A stretch of DNA of 63,318 bases, the filler included, from Octopus bimaculoides (taxonomy: Eukaryota): NCBI RefSeq assembly GCF_001194135.2. It is 6 parts of 5 records of this genome, joined end to end, with 100 filler letters (N's around TTAATTAATTAA, not from the genome) between each part and the next. Parts side by side here need not be neighbours in the genome. Positions count along the whole stretch, not along the records: positions 1 to 19,594 come from NC_068986.1; positions 19,695 to 29,886 come from NC_068986.1; 4 more parts are not named here. One strand, 5' to 3'. Made by a program: the position numbers and the translations under genes. Shown piece by piece: positions 13,146 through 25,712 of the stretch. The first letter of the stretch is position 1. The number at the start of each line of letters is the position of its first letter. The notes under the pieces were generated by a model, which saw nothing but the letters and a program-made list of their open reading frames with translations, did not search any database and was not told the origin of the DNA.

Positions 13146-13343
13146 ACTAAGAATACCGGAGGAGATGACTTGCGGCGTTTTTCTTTTGAGTTATTGGATG
13201 AAAGATTTAATCTATCATTTGGATTAATACTACCTTCAAGTAAATCTGTTTTGTTGTAAGTATTCATCCCAGATCTCCGGTTTGAGGACAGCTTCCTCCC
13301 TTTCTCCGACCTCTTTCGAACGCCCTGTTTAATTACCATAGAC

Positions 13344-13660
13344 GTAGGCAATGTTGTGTGGTAAGAAGTTTACTTCCCACCTACATGGTTTCGAGCGTAG
13401 CCCCAATGCGTGATATCTTGGGCAAGTGTCTTCTACTATAGTCTCGGACCGACCAAAGTCTTGTGAGTGGATTTGGTAGTTGGAAAGAAGCCCATTACAT
13501 GTGTGTGTACGTGAGTGTGTGTGTGTCTTTTTGGTTGTGTCTGTCTTCTAAACCGCTTGATAACATCTGTTATGTTTACGATGCCGTAACGTAGGGATTC
13601 GGCAAATGTGAACGATAGAATAAGTTCCAAATTTCAAAAATACAAGTACTGAGTTCGACC
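13344..13660 (+). mobile_element. Degraded SINE S1
   Basis: TTGGGCAAGTGTCTTCTACTATAGTCTCGGACCGACCAAAGTCTTGTGAGTGGATTTGGTAG matches other S1 copies. Confidence 0.88.
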
Positions 13661-13974
13661 CACCATTTTTTCAAGACATAATGTATCCAAGACTAAACTT
13701 AGTTACATCAGACTGTGTGACGGCATAAAGTAGTCTCCTTCGTTAGCTTACAAAACAATGTATTTGTTGATTTTGTATGTTTTCAGCGTTTGTTAGAGAG
13801 ATCATGTGAAGTGAGGGAGATCATGTCAAGTATATCTATTATATTTCTCAGTTTCCCATTGGAGGCGGTCACCCATTTATATCTTATGAGCATCACGTTT
13901 ACACAAAAACATTTGTTACGATATGTATAAAGTTTTCAATTCGATAAATTCTTACGTTTTTAGATGGACTTGCT

Positions 13975-13975
<1 letters not shown>

Positions 13976-14027
<52 letters not shown>
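13976..14027. repeat. (TAA)n microsatellite
   Basis: Direct reading. Confidence 0.98.
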
Positions 14028-14028
<1 letters not shown>

Positions 14029-14053
14029 CTCATTATTATTGTTGTTGTTATTA

Positions 14054-14143
14054 TGGAGTCAACTTTTCTGTCCGTTTGTATTGGGAAGTTCCAAAGGATG
14101 GTAACGCCCTCGCCATTTACTACATCATCTGGATGGTGCTTTA
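14054..14143 (-). mobile_element. Internal fragment of an R4/Dong-type RLE domain
   Basis: Minus-strand translation KHHPDDVVNGEGVTILWNFPIQTDRKVDS; matches the W(D/E)FPIQTD motif in the elements at 31.36 kb (EFPIQTD) and 36.35 kb. Confidence 0.8.
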
Positions 14144-14151
14144 AAAAAAGA

Positions 14152-14153
<2 letters not shown>

Positions 14154-14232
<79 letters not shown>
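14154..14232. repeat. (TTA)n microsatellite
   Basis: Direct reading. Confidence 0.98.
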
Positions 14233-14233
<1 letters not shown>

Positions 14234-14829
14234 ACAGGATTAGAAGCTGAGGATTCATAATCTCATTATTCTCGATGGAACTTCTTCCGATACTTCAGAA
14301 GTAGCTAAATTAAATACCAATATTTATCAGATGGCCGGCTGAATAAGATTGTGAAGAGACTGTCGGCAAGTCAGCGGTTCATATCACGTCCTAGCCGACA
14401 TGTATTGTACGTATCAAGGAAACTTAACTAACCTACATATAACTATACCACGGAACAATACAACTTATTGTCTAAACTGCGGCAGTACTGTTGATTACAC
14501 GAGCGTTTCATTAATTTGTATTGTCAACTTTATTGAAGAAATGCAATCTGTTATAGACTATCGTCCTATCCTGAGAGAGAAAGAGAGAGAGGGGGGGGAG
14601 ATGAAACAGAAAGAGAGATCTCGCATCTACTTCCCATTGCGAAAACTCGGTTATAGACGTCAGATTCTGTGCACCATTGTGATTTGGAAAGTAATTATCT
14701 GTGATTGTTTCAAGTGACTTCATATTTGATACCAGAGAAAAAGAGTGTCTGCTTAAAATTTATATCTTAGGAAAAGTGTTTTGCATTTGGCTGGTTTCGA
14801 TGTTAACACTCAATACTTAAATATCTATT

Positions 14830-15073
14830 GCTGTTCAGTGGTTAGAGCGTTGGACTCACAATCACGAGGTAGTGAGTTCGGTTCCCAGACCGGACTGCTT
14901 GTTGTGTTCTTGAGCAAGACACTTTATTTCACATGGCGTGGAGAGGAGAGGCTGGTATGCATGGGCAACTACTGATCTTCCATAAAAATAGCCTTGCCAG
15001 GACTTGTGCCTTGGAAGGGAATTTCTAGGTGCAATTCCATGGTCAGTCATGACCGAAGAGGATTTTACCCTTA
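14830..15073 (+). mobile_element. SINE S3 (tRNA-like head)
   Basis: CAGTGGTTAGAGCGTTGGACTCACAATCACGAGGTAGTGAGTTCGGTTCCC (A and B boxes) then GTTGTGTTCTTGAGCAAGACACTTTATTTCAC; antisense homologue at 50200-50305. Confidence 0.8.
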
Positions 15074-15089
15074 CTCTTTTTATTAATAT

Positions 15090-15275
15090 TCCAAAGTTAC
15101 CCCTGATGTAGCAAACCTACAATCAAAGGCATTCCGAACTTGCCCATCCCGATTTTTGTGTATCTAAAACAACAGTCCTCCCATTTTATTAAAACGGTAG
15201 AATGCGAACTGAGAGAAATCTGGCTGCTATTTCAGGGAGTTCGAGTACCCGTATAGAGGCTTCCTCATTTGTCGC
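15090..15275. repeat. Interspersed repeat containing the GATTTGGCTGCTATTTC-type motif
   Basis: Related motif at ~945 (GATTTGACTGCTATTTC), 38805 and in both arms of the 39856-39968 hairpin. Confidence 0.5.
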
Positions 15276-15300
15276 CTAAGTAATAAACGGCTTCTTGCAT

Positions 15301-15523
15301 AATAATCCCTTCTAATATAATAAATACAAGGCCTGAAATTTTGATGAGGTTTGGCTAATTGATTACACCGGCTCCAGTTCTCAACTGGTACTTATGTCAT
15401 CGACCCCGAAAGGATAAAAAGTAAAGCCGATCTCAACGGAATTTTAACTCAGAACGTATAGGCGGGGTAAATGCTGCGAAGCAGTTAGTCACCCGTGCTA
15501 ACGATTCTGCCAGCTTACCGCCT
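15301..15523 (-). mobile_element. SINE S2 (tail A)
   Basis: Ends GCTAACGATTCTGCCAGCTTACCGCCTT (reverse complement of S2 head); starts AATAATCCCTTC...ACAAGGCCTGAAATT. Confidence 0.88.
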
Positions 15524-15690
15524 TTCTCTAGCATACTAATGATTTCTTATATTGCTACCTAATTAAAAATCGTACGTGAAAACAATTTTGTGCTCGCATA
15601 CCTGCTAATTAAATTATACAGACAGCAATTAATTTTGACAAATGGTTTAATTAATCTATAGCAGGAACACGAATAGTAGAAAAAGACATC

Positions 15691-16240
15691 AAGTTAAATA
15701 GCAAGTTACTATCCGCTGAAATAGGCTATCACTATCAGGTCAAATAGTAACCAATATCAAGTGAATTAAGTCACGAGCCAGTTAAATAGGGAATCAATAT
15801 TGGGCCAAACAGGAAATAAATCACAGCACATCAAATAAGAAGTCACTTACAAGCCAAATACAAATCTGTATCATGTTAAATAAGCCATTATCCTGTCAAT
15901 TAGGAAATCAGAATCAGACCAAATAGGAACCACTATCAGGTCAAATAAGGAGTCACTCTCCGGCCAAATAAGGACTCGCTGTCAGGCCTGATAACAAATA
16001 CTATCAGCTTAAATAAGGAGTTACTATCGGGTCAAATAGGGAATCATTCTCAGGTCAAATAGGAACCATTATCTGGTTGTATAAGTCACTATCCGGTCAA
16101 ATAGAGAGTTAATCTCAGGTCAAATAGGAAACACTGACAGACAAATATGAAACACTAACAGGTCAAATAAGGAGTCACTATCGGCCAAACAGGAAATTAC
16201 TACCAGTACAAATAGGGAGTCACTGTCAGATCAAAGAGGA
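15691..16240. repeat. Degenerate minisatellite, 22-23 bp unit, consensus about CAAATAGGRAGTCACTATCAGGT, roughly 24 units
   Basis: Units such as CAAATAGGAACCACTATCAGGT, CAAATAAGGAGTCACTCTCCGGC and CAAATAGGGAATCATTCTCAGGT recur in register. Confidence 0.9.
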
Positions 16241-16475
16241 AGCATTTTGAAGCCTAATTTGGAGCCTTTGTTGGGGACGACATTGAGAAAAAACATCCTG
16301 CATATGTGATTGGCTGCNNNNNNNNNNNNNNNNNNNNNNNNNNNNNNNNNNNNNNNNNNNNNNNNNNNNNNNNNNNNNNNNNNNNNNNNNNNNNNNNNNN
16401 NNNNNNNNNNNNNNNNNNNNNNNNNNNNNNNNNNNNNNNNNNNNNNNNNNNNNNNNNNNNNNNNNNNNNNNNNNN

Positions 16476-16560
<85 letters not shown>

Positions 16561-17221
16561 TGCGTGCACATTTGCATTGAAGGATTTAGGAGAAATCTAA
16601 TCGATTATTGACACATCCAGGGGCAGCAGCCTCCACAAAGAAAATTAACAGTTGTTTATAAAGGTATTGGTTAAAAAGAGGTATAGCTATGGCACAGAAT
16701 ACTACAAGCAAGCGGGTAGATGAAAGTGAACTGCAGAACTTAATTGGTAGGCAGCCGATTTAAGAATCTCCACTCGATCAATTAACCCTCGACCAGCTTT
16801 CTCTTATATTCAGTAAGTCACAAATTAAAAAATATAAATGCATTAGTTAACGTTTTCTGAGATGAATGTGAGCGTGCAAAACGGTCAATGATATGGAACA
16901 GAAATATTGTACTGAGCAAAGGCTCAATATTCTGGAGAGTGAATCAATTGTTGTGAGGGGACGGGGTAAGAACCAGGAACATGCTAATGGTTCGGGTAGG
17001 AACAAAACACACTCTTAACGAAAATACTGTGCAGATGTTTTTGTCCGATGTGCTAACGATATCTTCAGCTCACCGCCCTGCGATCGTGTGTAAAAGATGA
17101 AGGCGTTCGAGTTGACGGTAGGTTGTGATTTGAAAGAGATTTGAGGAATATTTATTGAAGAAGGAACCATAACAACTTTCATCACTGACTCTCCTTATCT
17201 TGGCATTATTATAACGAAGTT

Positions 17222-17890
17222 AAAGCGCCGGGGTGGCAGAATCGTTAGCACTCCAGATAAAATGCTTAGCGGCAGTTCGTCCATCTTCAGGTTCTGAGTT
17301 CAAACCCCGCCGAGGTCGACTTTGTCTTTCATAATTTCGAAGTCAATAGATTAAGCACCAGTAAAGCACTGGGATTGATGTAATCGACTTGTCCCCTCCC
17401 CACAAATTTCAGGTCTTGTGTCTTTAGTTTAAAAGATTATTACGATGAAATTAAAGCAGCGAGGTAGTAGAATCGTTAGCACACCAGATAAAATGCTTTG
17501 CGGCATTTCGCCTGTCTTCATAATCTCAGTTCAAATCCCGCCGAGATCGACTTTGCCTACATCCTTTCGGGGTAGATAAAATAAGTACCAGTTGTGTACT
17601 GGGGTCGATGTAATCGACTTACCCCTCTCCCGAAATTGCTGGCCTTGTGCCAAAATTTGGAATCATCCTTACGATGAAATTAAAGCGGCTAGCTACCTGA
17701 CAAAATCGTTAGCTCGAGTGGCAAAATGTTTTAGGGTATTTCGTCCGTCTTATCGAGGTCGACCTCACATTTTTATCCGTTCGGTGTCGATTAAATAAGT
17801 ACCAGTCAAACAATAGGGTCGATGTAATCGACGAGACGATCAACACCCTCTCTCAAGTTTCACACCTTCCTTCTATAGTAGAAAAGATTA
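17222..17890 (+). mobile_element. Three head-to-tail SINE S2 copies (tails A, B, A)
   Basis: Heads at ~17222, ~17452 and ~17681; identical TTACGATGAAATTAAAGC at 17440 and 17669. Confidence 0.9.
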
Positions 17891-18184
17891 TTACAATGAA
17901 CTTTTTCGCTTTATTTCTAAGAAAATTTCGATAGTAGCTGCAAATGATCTTAGCCAACACCAATGGCGTCTAATATTCACAAGTTTCTATATAACTACTA
18001 TAAATATCAGAACTCTTCCATGTATCATGTAGGAAACGCTGTATATATGCTGTCGCAGTATTGATGAACTCTCGGTAATTTTCAAAATATCCTAATAAAA
18101 TGGTAATGTGCTCTAAGAGAGTTTGGAAAAAAATTTCGATATTAAGGTTTCAATTTAGAGAGATAAAATAGGTAATACGTGAAC

Positions 18185-18197
18185 ATATATATGTATG

Positions 18198-18259
<62 letters not shown>

Positions 18260-18295
18260 TATATATAGTTGAAATTTATAGGAAAAGAAAAGACG

Positions 18296-18336
<41 letters not shown>

Positions 18337-18533
18337 CACACATATATATACACACTCACACACACATAAATTTATATATACACATGTTTGTTTGTGTGTA
18401 TATGTATATATGTATATATGTAATCTATGCATTGCACGAGTGCATACATACACACATATATGAATATACATAATAGTTATAAGTATATATATATATATAT
18501 ACACACACATATATATATACATATATATATACG

Positions 18534-18574
<41 letters not shown>

Positions 18575-19311
18575 GTTCCCTTACACATACATATGTCTGT
18601 GCGAGTGTATGTGTGTGTGTGTATATGTGTAAGTGTGCATGCGTGTGTGTATGTATATATTTATGTACTCACATATATAAATATGCATATATGTAGACAT
18701 AGACGTGCACGTGTATGCGCGCGCTTTTGCATGAATGCGCGCGCGCGATGTGTGTTCATATCTGTCCGTGAGTATGTGTGTGTGTACATGTGTGCATGTG
18801 TGTGTGTGTGTGTGCGTGCGTGTGTGTGTGTGTATAATGTGTGCTCATGCTTATCTATCTCTCAGTACAACTCTTCAAGCCTTCACCGATCCACCACTCT
18901 ATATACAGCAAAGGAAGCCGACAAACCTGAACACCAATCGACCATATATTTATCATGTTAATTCATACCTGTTCTGCCTATTTACACACATAGACACAGG
19001 GACACGCACGCACACATATATACAAACACGCACTCACACACACACACATATACACACTCGCAAACTTATACATTTATACATACATATTTACATATATGCA
19101 ATATATATATTTACATATTCTTTCATTTCTATAGTCATTTATAAAATTATTGATATATTTAATTTTCTACCTGTTTATTTATATGCATATGTATTTGGTC
19201 ACGTGCACGCGCGCACACACATACCTATTTATGCGAGTATATATGTTAATATATAATTATATATATTAATTTACATACACGAACATCTATATACCTACAT
19301 ATATGTATAGT

Positions 19312-19352
<41 letters not shown>

Positions 19353-19376
19353 NNNNNNNNNNCATATATGTATAGT

Positions 19377-19429
<53 letters not shown>

Positions 19430-19552
19430 ACGTTATATATACGTGTGTATATATATTCACACACATATATATGTATATACATACATATAAGTGTGTATGT
19501 GTATATATATGTGTATGTATATACATATATATATATACGTATATATATATAC

Positions 19553-19594
<42 letters not shown>
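18185..19594. repeat. Compound (TA)n/(CA)n/(TG)n microsatellite field
   Basis: Direct reading; source of many spurious YI/CV/HT ORFs. Confidence 0.95.
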
Positions 19595-19638
19595 NNNNNN
19601 NNNNNNNNNNNNNNNNNNNNNNNNNNNNNNNNNNNNNN

Positions 19639-19650
19639 TTAATTAATTAA
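19639..19650. other. Assembly gap marker TTAATTAATTAA inside a 44N-12-44N (100 bp) gap; also at 29931, 37171, 47208 and 56180
   Basis: All five have exactly 44 N on each side; the 12-mer has stops in all six frames. Confidence 0.95.
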
Positions 19651-22061
19651 NNNNNNNNNNNNNNNNNNNNNNNNNNNNNNNNNNNNNNNNNNNNTTGTGT
19701 ATATATGTGTGTATTTTATACGTGTTTATAAAATAAATATATGAACATTTGGTGTGCAGTTTGTGTGTGCGTGTGTCTTCGCCTGTGTGTGTGCGGGTAT
19801 GTATGTATATTTGTTGTGCGTATGTTAGTGGATATGGTTTTTAAACACGCAAGTGCATTTTACATATATCAATATTTATACATATACATAGATATTACAA
19901 TGAGGCTGGAGATGTAACTGTCTCTATGTTTTTATGTATACACACACACATATGGGTACAACAGCGGTCATAAACCGATGAGCAAACTTCTCTACGGTAC
20001 ACTTTTATAATCCGTACCAGTTGCCTTTTTCCTCTCCTTCTCTTTCTCCAATTATTTCTTTCCACTTCTTTCCTTTACTATTCACGATTCCTCAACTATA
20101 AATCTTAGTGTAGGATCATAATGTCCATCTATTTTTGTCGAAGAAAGACAATTGCAATGATGTAAATTTTCATGGGACATAGGAATGGAGTTTAGAACAA
20201 GTGTTGTTAGTCGATGGTTAATATGTATGTGTATTTGTATTGTCTTATTGTTCGTTTGTTCGTGCATGTATGTGTAACTGATGTGTATGCGTGTGCAATG
20301 TACCTTTCTGTGTAGAGGAAAATGCGTAGAGTTTTTGTTTTGTACACTCATACAATGTATACACGTATACATGCGCATATGTATGTATGAATGTATGTGT
20401 GTATATATNNNNNNNNNNTATATATATACATATATATATATATTCATATGTATAATATATACATATACTCATATATGTGTGTGCATGTATGCACACATAT
20501 GAGTGTGTGTTTGTGTGCGTGAGAGTGTGCGTATGCGTGCGTTTCATTTGTAGAAGACTATCATCCATTTTAGTCGGATATTGTTTAGGAAGTAAACAAA
20601 ACACATTTAGGAATAAAATATGATTTTCGTATTGATTTTTATAGTCTTTTATATTTTTAATATCTCCATATTCTTCAATTTTAATGCGTTTATATATGAT
20701 CTGCATATTTTTTTCAATTTTTGTATAAATCACTTGGTCCATATGATCGATGGTGCATCGACATTTTAAGTTCCTTTCTTTGTCTTGAACTGTCATCTCA
20801 AACAATAATTGAAAAGCAATTAAAATATATAATTAGCGTCAGGTTTGAAAACATTAAACAATAGAACTCCAAAAATATTTCTTATAATTACTGTAAATCC
20901 ATTTGGCGAATTTCCATGGAACGATTTCTCGATTTTTCTTTATTTCTATGCATGTAGTGAATATTATTTTGTGACCTGGAACGCATTGAAAAATTTCGAG
21001 AAGAAAAATATAGCCATTAACGGAAACATATAAAAGGAAATTAAAAATAATTGCTAGTATTAATTGATGATTTGGAAGTATTGAAATGGGAGGAAAAAAG
21101 TTTAAATAAAAACTATATATTGATACTTTTTCATTATCAACTTACTTTTATGGTAGTATTGTATGTACAGAAGCTTGATGCTGGTACAGTTCCTAAAACC
21201 GCTGCTGTTGTACAACTATATACTTAAAAATAGTATCAGTGTTTGTGGTGTTATGCTCCAAACACCTATGTTACGTGATACTATTGATACCTAAGTGTGT
21301 GTTTGGCAAAATTACGAGTGCTTCGGCCAATATTACTTGCTGCGTTCATTTACCCACTTAACGCTCTGAGCGCAAATTTTGCAGGAATTTACATTGCCTT
21401 CCATTATTTCAGATTCGATAAATTTTAATACTGGTATTAATATTAGAAATTGATTCAATCAACAATGCCCGCTCACATCCAATTTTGGCGAGAATATTAA
21501 TAAAAGAAAGAAAAACAATAAAAGAAGCGAATGTCAAATTGGAGTAGATTACGATGATAGACCCACTTTAAGGTTTTGCTTTATTTTGCACTATTTAAAG
21601 TTTGATTATTTATTTCCCTTTTTTGCTTTATTTGAGGCATTTCAAATGAGAAATTATGTGGGTGAACACTCTGGTATTAATCCCTTGGTATCAAGTGAGC
21701 TCGTTATCCTTCCGAGTTCCAAAAACTAATTATCATCAGAGTTCTAAGATAATTATACTGCTTCCCTTAAAGTTGTGCTTCGTTGTCATCAGCGTCATAT
21801 TAGAGGCAAGTGTGACATTTTTTTAAAATACATATCTTTAAGTCATCAATTCCAAGTCTACCAGAAAAAAACTGACCGTTAAATACCATACCAGCAATAA
21901 TTAATGCATGTCATGCAACGATTCTAATAAAACTAGTAGAAATTATTACCTGGCGTTCACATAAACATGTTTTATGTCCATTATTTAAGTGAGATTCATA
22001 GTTGGTATTTCAAGGACAACATTTCTTGAGATGTTCGAAGCAGTTGATCTTTTATTTTTTT

Positions 22062-22278
22062 GTTTGTTTGTTTCGGTCATATCACTGCAGCCATAATGGA
22101 GCACTACCTTTTAGTCGAACAAATCGGCTCCAGAACTTAATCTTTATAAGCCTAGTACTTATTCTATCGGTTTCCTTTCGCGGAACCGCTAGTTTACGGA
22201 GAAGTAAAAACACACTAGTATCGGTTGTCAAGCGATGGTGAAAGGGACAAACACACACACACGCATACATACATACAC

Positions 22279-22329
<51 letters not shown>

Positions 22330-22452
22330 NNNNNNNNNNCACTAACAAGGGTTTGGTCGGCCCGAGGCTGTACTAGAAGACAGTTGCCCAAGGTGCCACG
22401 CAGTGGGACTGAACACGGAACCATGTCGTTGGTGAGCAAGCTACTTACCACA
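22062..22452 (-). mobile_element. SINE S1
   Basis: GTTTGGTCGGCCCGAGGCTGTACTAGAAGACAGTTGCCCAAGGTGCCACGCAGTGGGACTGAAC...CTACTTACCACA. Confidence 0.92.
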
Positions 22453-22632
22453 ATCTTTTTGTCAGTACTACTGGTTTTGATTTCGTTGTTGTGCTGTTAT
22501 TAGTCGTGTTGCTTCTGAAGATCTGGTTACTTATTTTGGTGGCCAGTTTCCGTGTTTAGCAATGCAAATTTGTGCGCAGACATTTTACCTGCTTGAAATA
22601 TCCTTTTCATATATACACACAATGCTTAAAAA

Positions 22633-22817
22633 TATTATAGGGAGGACTAGTCGATTAATTGAAACCGAGTGTTCACCAGATACTTATTTTATACAAATCT
22701 AAGTGATAGAAAGTAAATTTTCCCTCCGTAGCACGTTAATTCAGAAAAATAAAGCCGGACAAAATGCTACTACACATTTTGTCCGTTATATTAACGATTC
22801 TGCCAACGCGCCGCTTC
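22633..22817 (-). mobile_element. Degraded SINE S2
   Basis: Ends TTAACGATTCTGCCAACGCGCCGC (reverse complement of head). Confidence 0.65.
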
Positions 22818-22879
22818 CTTGAAATATCAGCCAAACTTTCTTGAAGTCACACATATCTTTAACTTATCAATTCCAGGTC

Positions 22880-23065
22880 TACCTGAATTAACAGCATTTT
22901 ATCCGGCTTTATTTTTCTAAATTCACATGCCACCAAGGTAGAATTTGCATTTCACTCCTTCGAATTCATTGAAATAAGTATTAGATGAACATTCGGTTCG
23001 AAGTAATCGACTTGTCTTCCCCACAACATTTTCAAGCTTTATGTGTATATTTGAAAAGAATATTC
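22880..23065 (+). mobile_element. Degraded SINE S2 (tail A)
   Basis: GCCACCAAGGTAGAATTTGCATTTCA...AAATAAGTA...GTAATCGACTT...GAAAAGAATATT. Confidence 0.55.
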
Positions 23066-23284
23066 GAAGCATGTTAAATAACTGCGTGCAAAATTTTTAT
23101 TGCTAACCTGGAAATTCGCCACTAAATTAAGTAACTGGATCTTCTGCAGCAACACAACTAAAACATCTAAATAAAGGAAGGGTGAATTCGGGAATACATT
23201 GTTGTATACATTGGGGGTTCTTTCACTGTTTCCATTTTAATTCAGAATTGTTAAGTTTCAACAAAATTACCAAAAGAAAAACAA

Positions 23285-23322
23285 GTACAAATCAACAACA
23301 AAAACGTTCACTACTATGATAA

Positions 23323-23371
<49 letters not shown>

Positions 23372-23545
23372 AAACACCACTACAGCCTTAGCTACCCCAG
23401 CTTCTGCTACTACCACTAACTGTGCCACCATCAACACTGCCACCGCCACCATCTCAGCACCAACACCAGCAGCAGCACCACCATCACAATCAACACTCCT
23501 GGAACCACCACTCCCACAACCTACGCTGCTGCCACATCTACTGCA

Positions 23546-23604
<59 letters not shown>

Positions 23605-23605
23605 A
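23285..23605. repeat. Compound (ACA)n / CAC-CAG-rich / (CTA)n low-complexity tract
   Basis: Direct reading. Confidence 0.92.
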
Positions 23606-24091
23606 AGATTTAGAGGCATTCTTTTTAATATCTCAGCTGCCTGTCGTTTTACATAGAATGGGTTTTGATCGATGAACGGTTTTCCATTAAATTTTACGAC
23701 TACCGAAGTCAAAACACCGAAGAGATATCGTCTAAAGCTCACTTAAAAATGCATCAACGTCTTCAAAAATGAAACATTAAATAATTATTGTTAGATATCT
23801 TTAAATAAAGGGTAGAGGGTCAAGGATAGATTGACTTAGATCTTATACCTCTTTAATCAGGGTTACGCCCGGGACAAAACGTAAACAACCTCGGCAAGAA
23901 AACTGCAAACTTATCACACACTATTACCTAAAAAGTCTCTGACTGCTTGCTTGGCTTGAAATAACCATTCAAATTTATTTATAGCGGAAAATTCCAACCC
24001 AACCCCTATTTTTAAATTCTAAACTCTTGATCGGTTCGCAAGTGATCCTTCGCGCATTAATAACAGTTACAAATCTAGCAAAAACCCATTT

Positions 24092-24316
24092 TTTATTTCT
24101 TTACTGCCCACAAGGGACTACACACAGAGGGGACAAACAAAGACAGACAAACTGATTAAGTCGATTATATCGACCCCAGTGTGTAACTGGTACTTATTTA
24201 ATCGACCCCGAAAGATGAAAGGCAAAGTCAACCTCGGCGGGATTTGAACTGAAAATGTAGCGGCAGACGAAATACCGCTAAGCATTTCGGTATGCTACCG
24301 TTTCTCCCAGCTTGCC
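24092..24316 (-). mobile_element. SINE S2 (tail C) with 14-bp target-site duplication
   Basis: GCAAAAACCCATTT at 24078-24091 and 24317-24330; body is the reverse complement of the copy at 62503. Confidence 0.92.
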
Positions 24317-25544
24317 GCAAAAACCCATTTCTCTCTAGGTACACTGTCGATTTTTTTTTTTACCACTGAGTAAAGAAGATGTATAGTGAGAAAGAGAGAA
24401 AACGACAACGTAGACGGAATTGAGGGGGCAGAATAGAAAAATGAAGGAGGTTTAAGGGGATGAGAATGACGAAGGCGAGGGATAGAAGAAAGAGGAAGGA
24501 GAAGAGGAGAAAAGGAGAGGAAATGGGGGAGCAGGAGGAGAAGTGGGAGGAAGAGGAAAAGAAGTAATGAACAGGGACATTGAAGAATCGCTTCCGGTAT
24601 AGAAGCGATTTACATTATCAATTGAGATACCTTGAGCGTTAAGACCTATGCCAAATCCCAACATCACATAGACTAAATGTCATCAAAATATATAATGCTC
24701 AGAAATAAAGAAATTTTGACATAAGTCTGCATGATGAGGCCGACATGTAACTAATAAGAACAGCAAGGACAACATAAAAATAATCTAAGTCAGATATAGA
24801 CGATGATGCTTTATATCCCATTCGAAAGACTAAAAAATGAAGGCAAGATTTGGTCGATAGACCTGGGTTTATAAACTGACGTAATGGCTGCGACAGCAGA
24901 AACATTTTTGAGCATAATGTATTTTGATCGATAACCTTCAGCTAAATAGCAACAATATCATCGCAACCACAGAACAAATGCCTGGACGTTGTAACTTTGC
25001 TTTCTTGAAACAGCAAGATAACCTCCAAGAAGTTCGATTTCATTTTCATGAAAAACAGAGATATGAGATTATACAATCGTAGAAATTGTTCCCGAAAGAC
25101 AGCTACACAAGTGATGCTGAGAATTTATTTTGTCAGGTGTTATGGTTTATGGCTGATTATGCTAATATTCGAATAAAGACACGTCTCATGAATGATAAGG
25201 CTTTATAATGATGATGATTACATTGTTCTAAATTTAAACGAATTCACACAACTTCCGAAAAAATATGACCATTTGTATATCAGCCACATATATTCTCATA
25301 GACATTTTTGTTGGACTTTATAGAATAATGCTTACAGATTATGTATATTGATAGTGTAGACTGGTGTAATTAATATACTCTTTGGCAGTTAACAGAACTT
25401 CACACTCCATGGAATCCAGAAGCGCTTCATATAATTGCACAAGGTTTCCAGGAAAATATCTGATCGATTATATCAAACTTTTATGCGCTGTGACTAATAA
25501 CCATGGTTTCAAATTTAAACCCAAGACCAGCAATTTTATGGCAA

Positions 25545-25712
25545 TTTGTAAGTCGATTATATCAACCCCAGTGCTGAACTAGTACTGAACTGGTACTTAT
25601 TCTATGAGAGTGTGTAAGACGATTACATTAACCCCAGGGCTCAACTGGTACTTATTTTATCGACCCAGAAACCTTCAAAGGCAAAAGCAACCTCGGCAGA
25701 ATTTGAACTCGG
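25545..25712 (-). mobile_element. Two partial SINE S2 central-domain fragments
   Basis: AGTCGATTATATCAACCCCAGTG...CTGGTACTTATT, and CTCAACTGGTACTTATTTTATCGACCC...GAATTTGAACTC. Confidence 0.7.

Noticed and set aside
13058-13351. 97-aa basic minus-strand ORF (KRSEKGRKLSSNRRSG...)
   Set aside because: Starts in an S1 remnant and ends in antisense S2; no recognisable domain. A small exon cannot be excluded but is unsupported.
17206-17900. Repeat-spacer pattern as a CRISPR array
   Set aside because: Eukaryotic context, no cas genes, and the intervening units are homologous SINE copies.
19595-19694. Palindromic TTAATTAATTAA recurring five times
   Set aside because: Always centred in an exact 44N+12+44N block; an assembly spacer, not biology.
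20245-20805. 186-aa minus-strand ORF with K/I/Y-rich N-terminus
   Set aside because: Composition reflects AT-rich DNA, and the second half is microsatellite plus gap.
21830-22883. 33-bp near-duplicate (30/33) at 21830 and 22851 as a long TSD
   Set aside because: Too long for a TSD and the enclosed sequence is several unrelated pieces; more likely two fragments of one interspersed repeat.
23316-23675. Thr/Pro-rich mucin-like ORF
   Set aside because: Built from (ACA)n and (CTA)n tracts; no splice or homology support.
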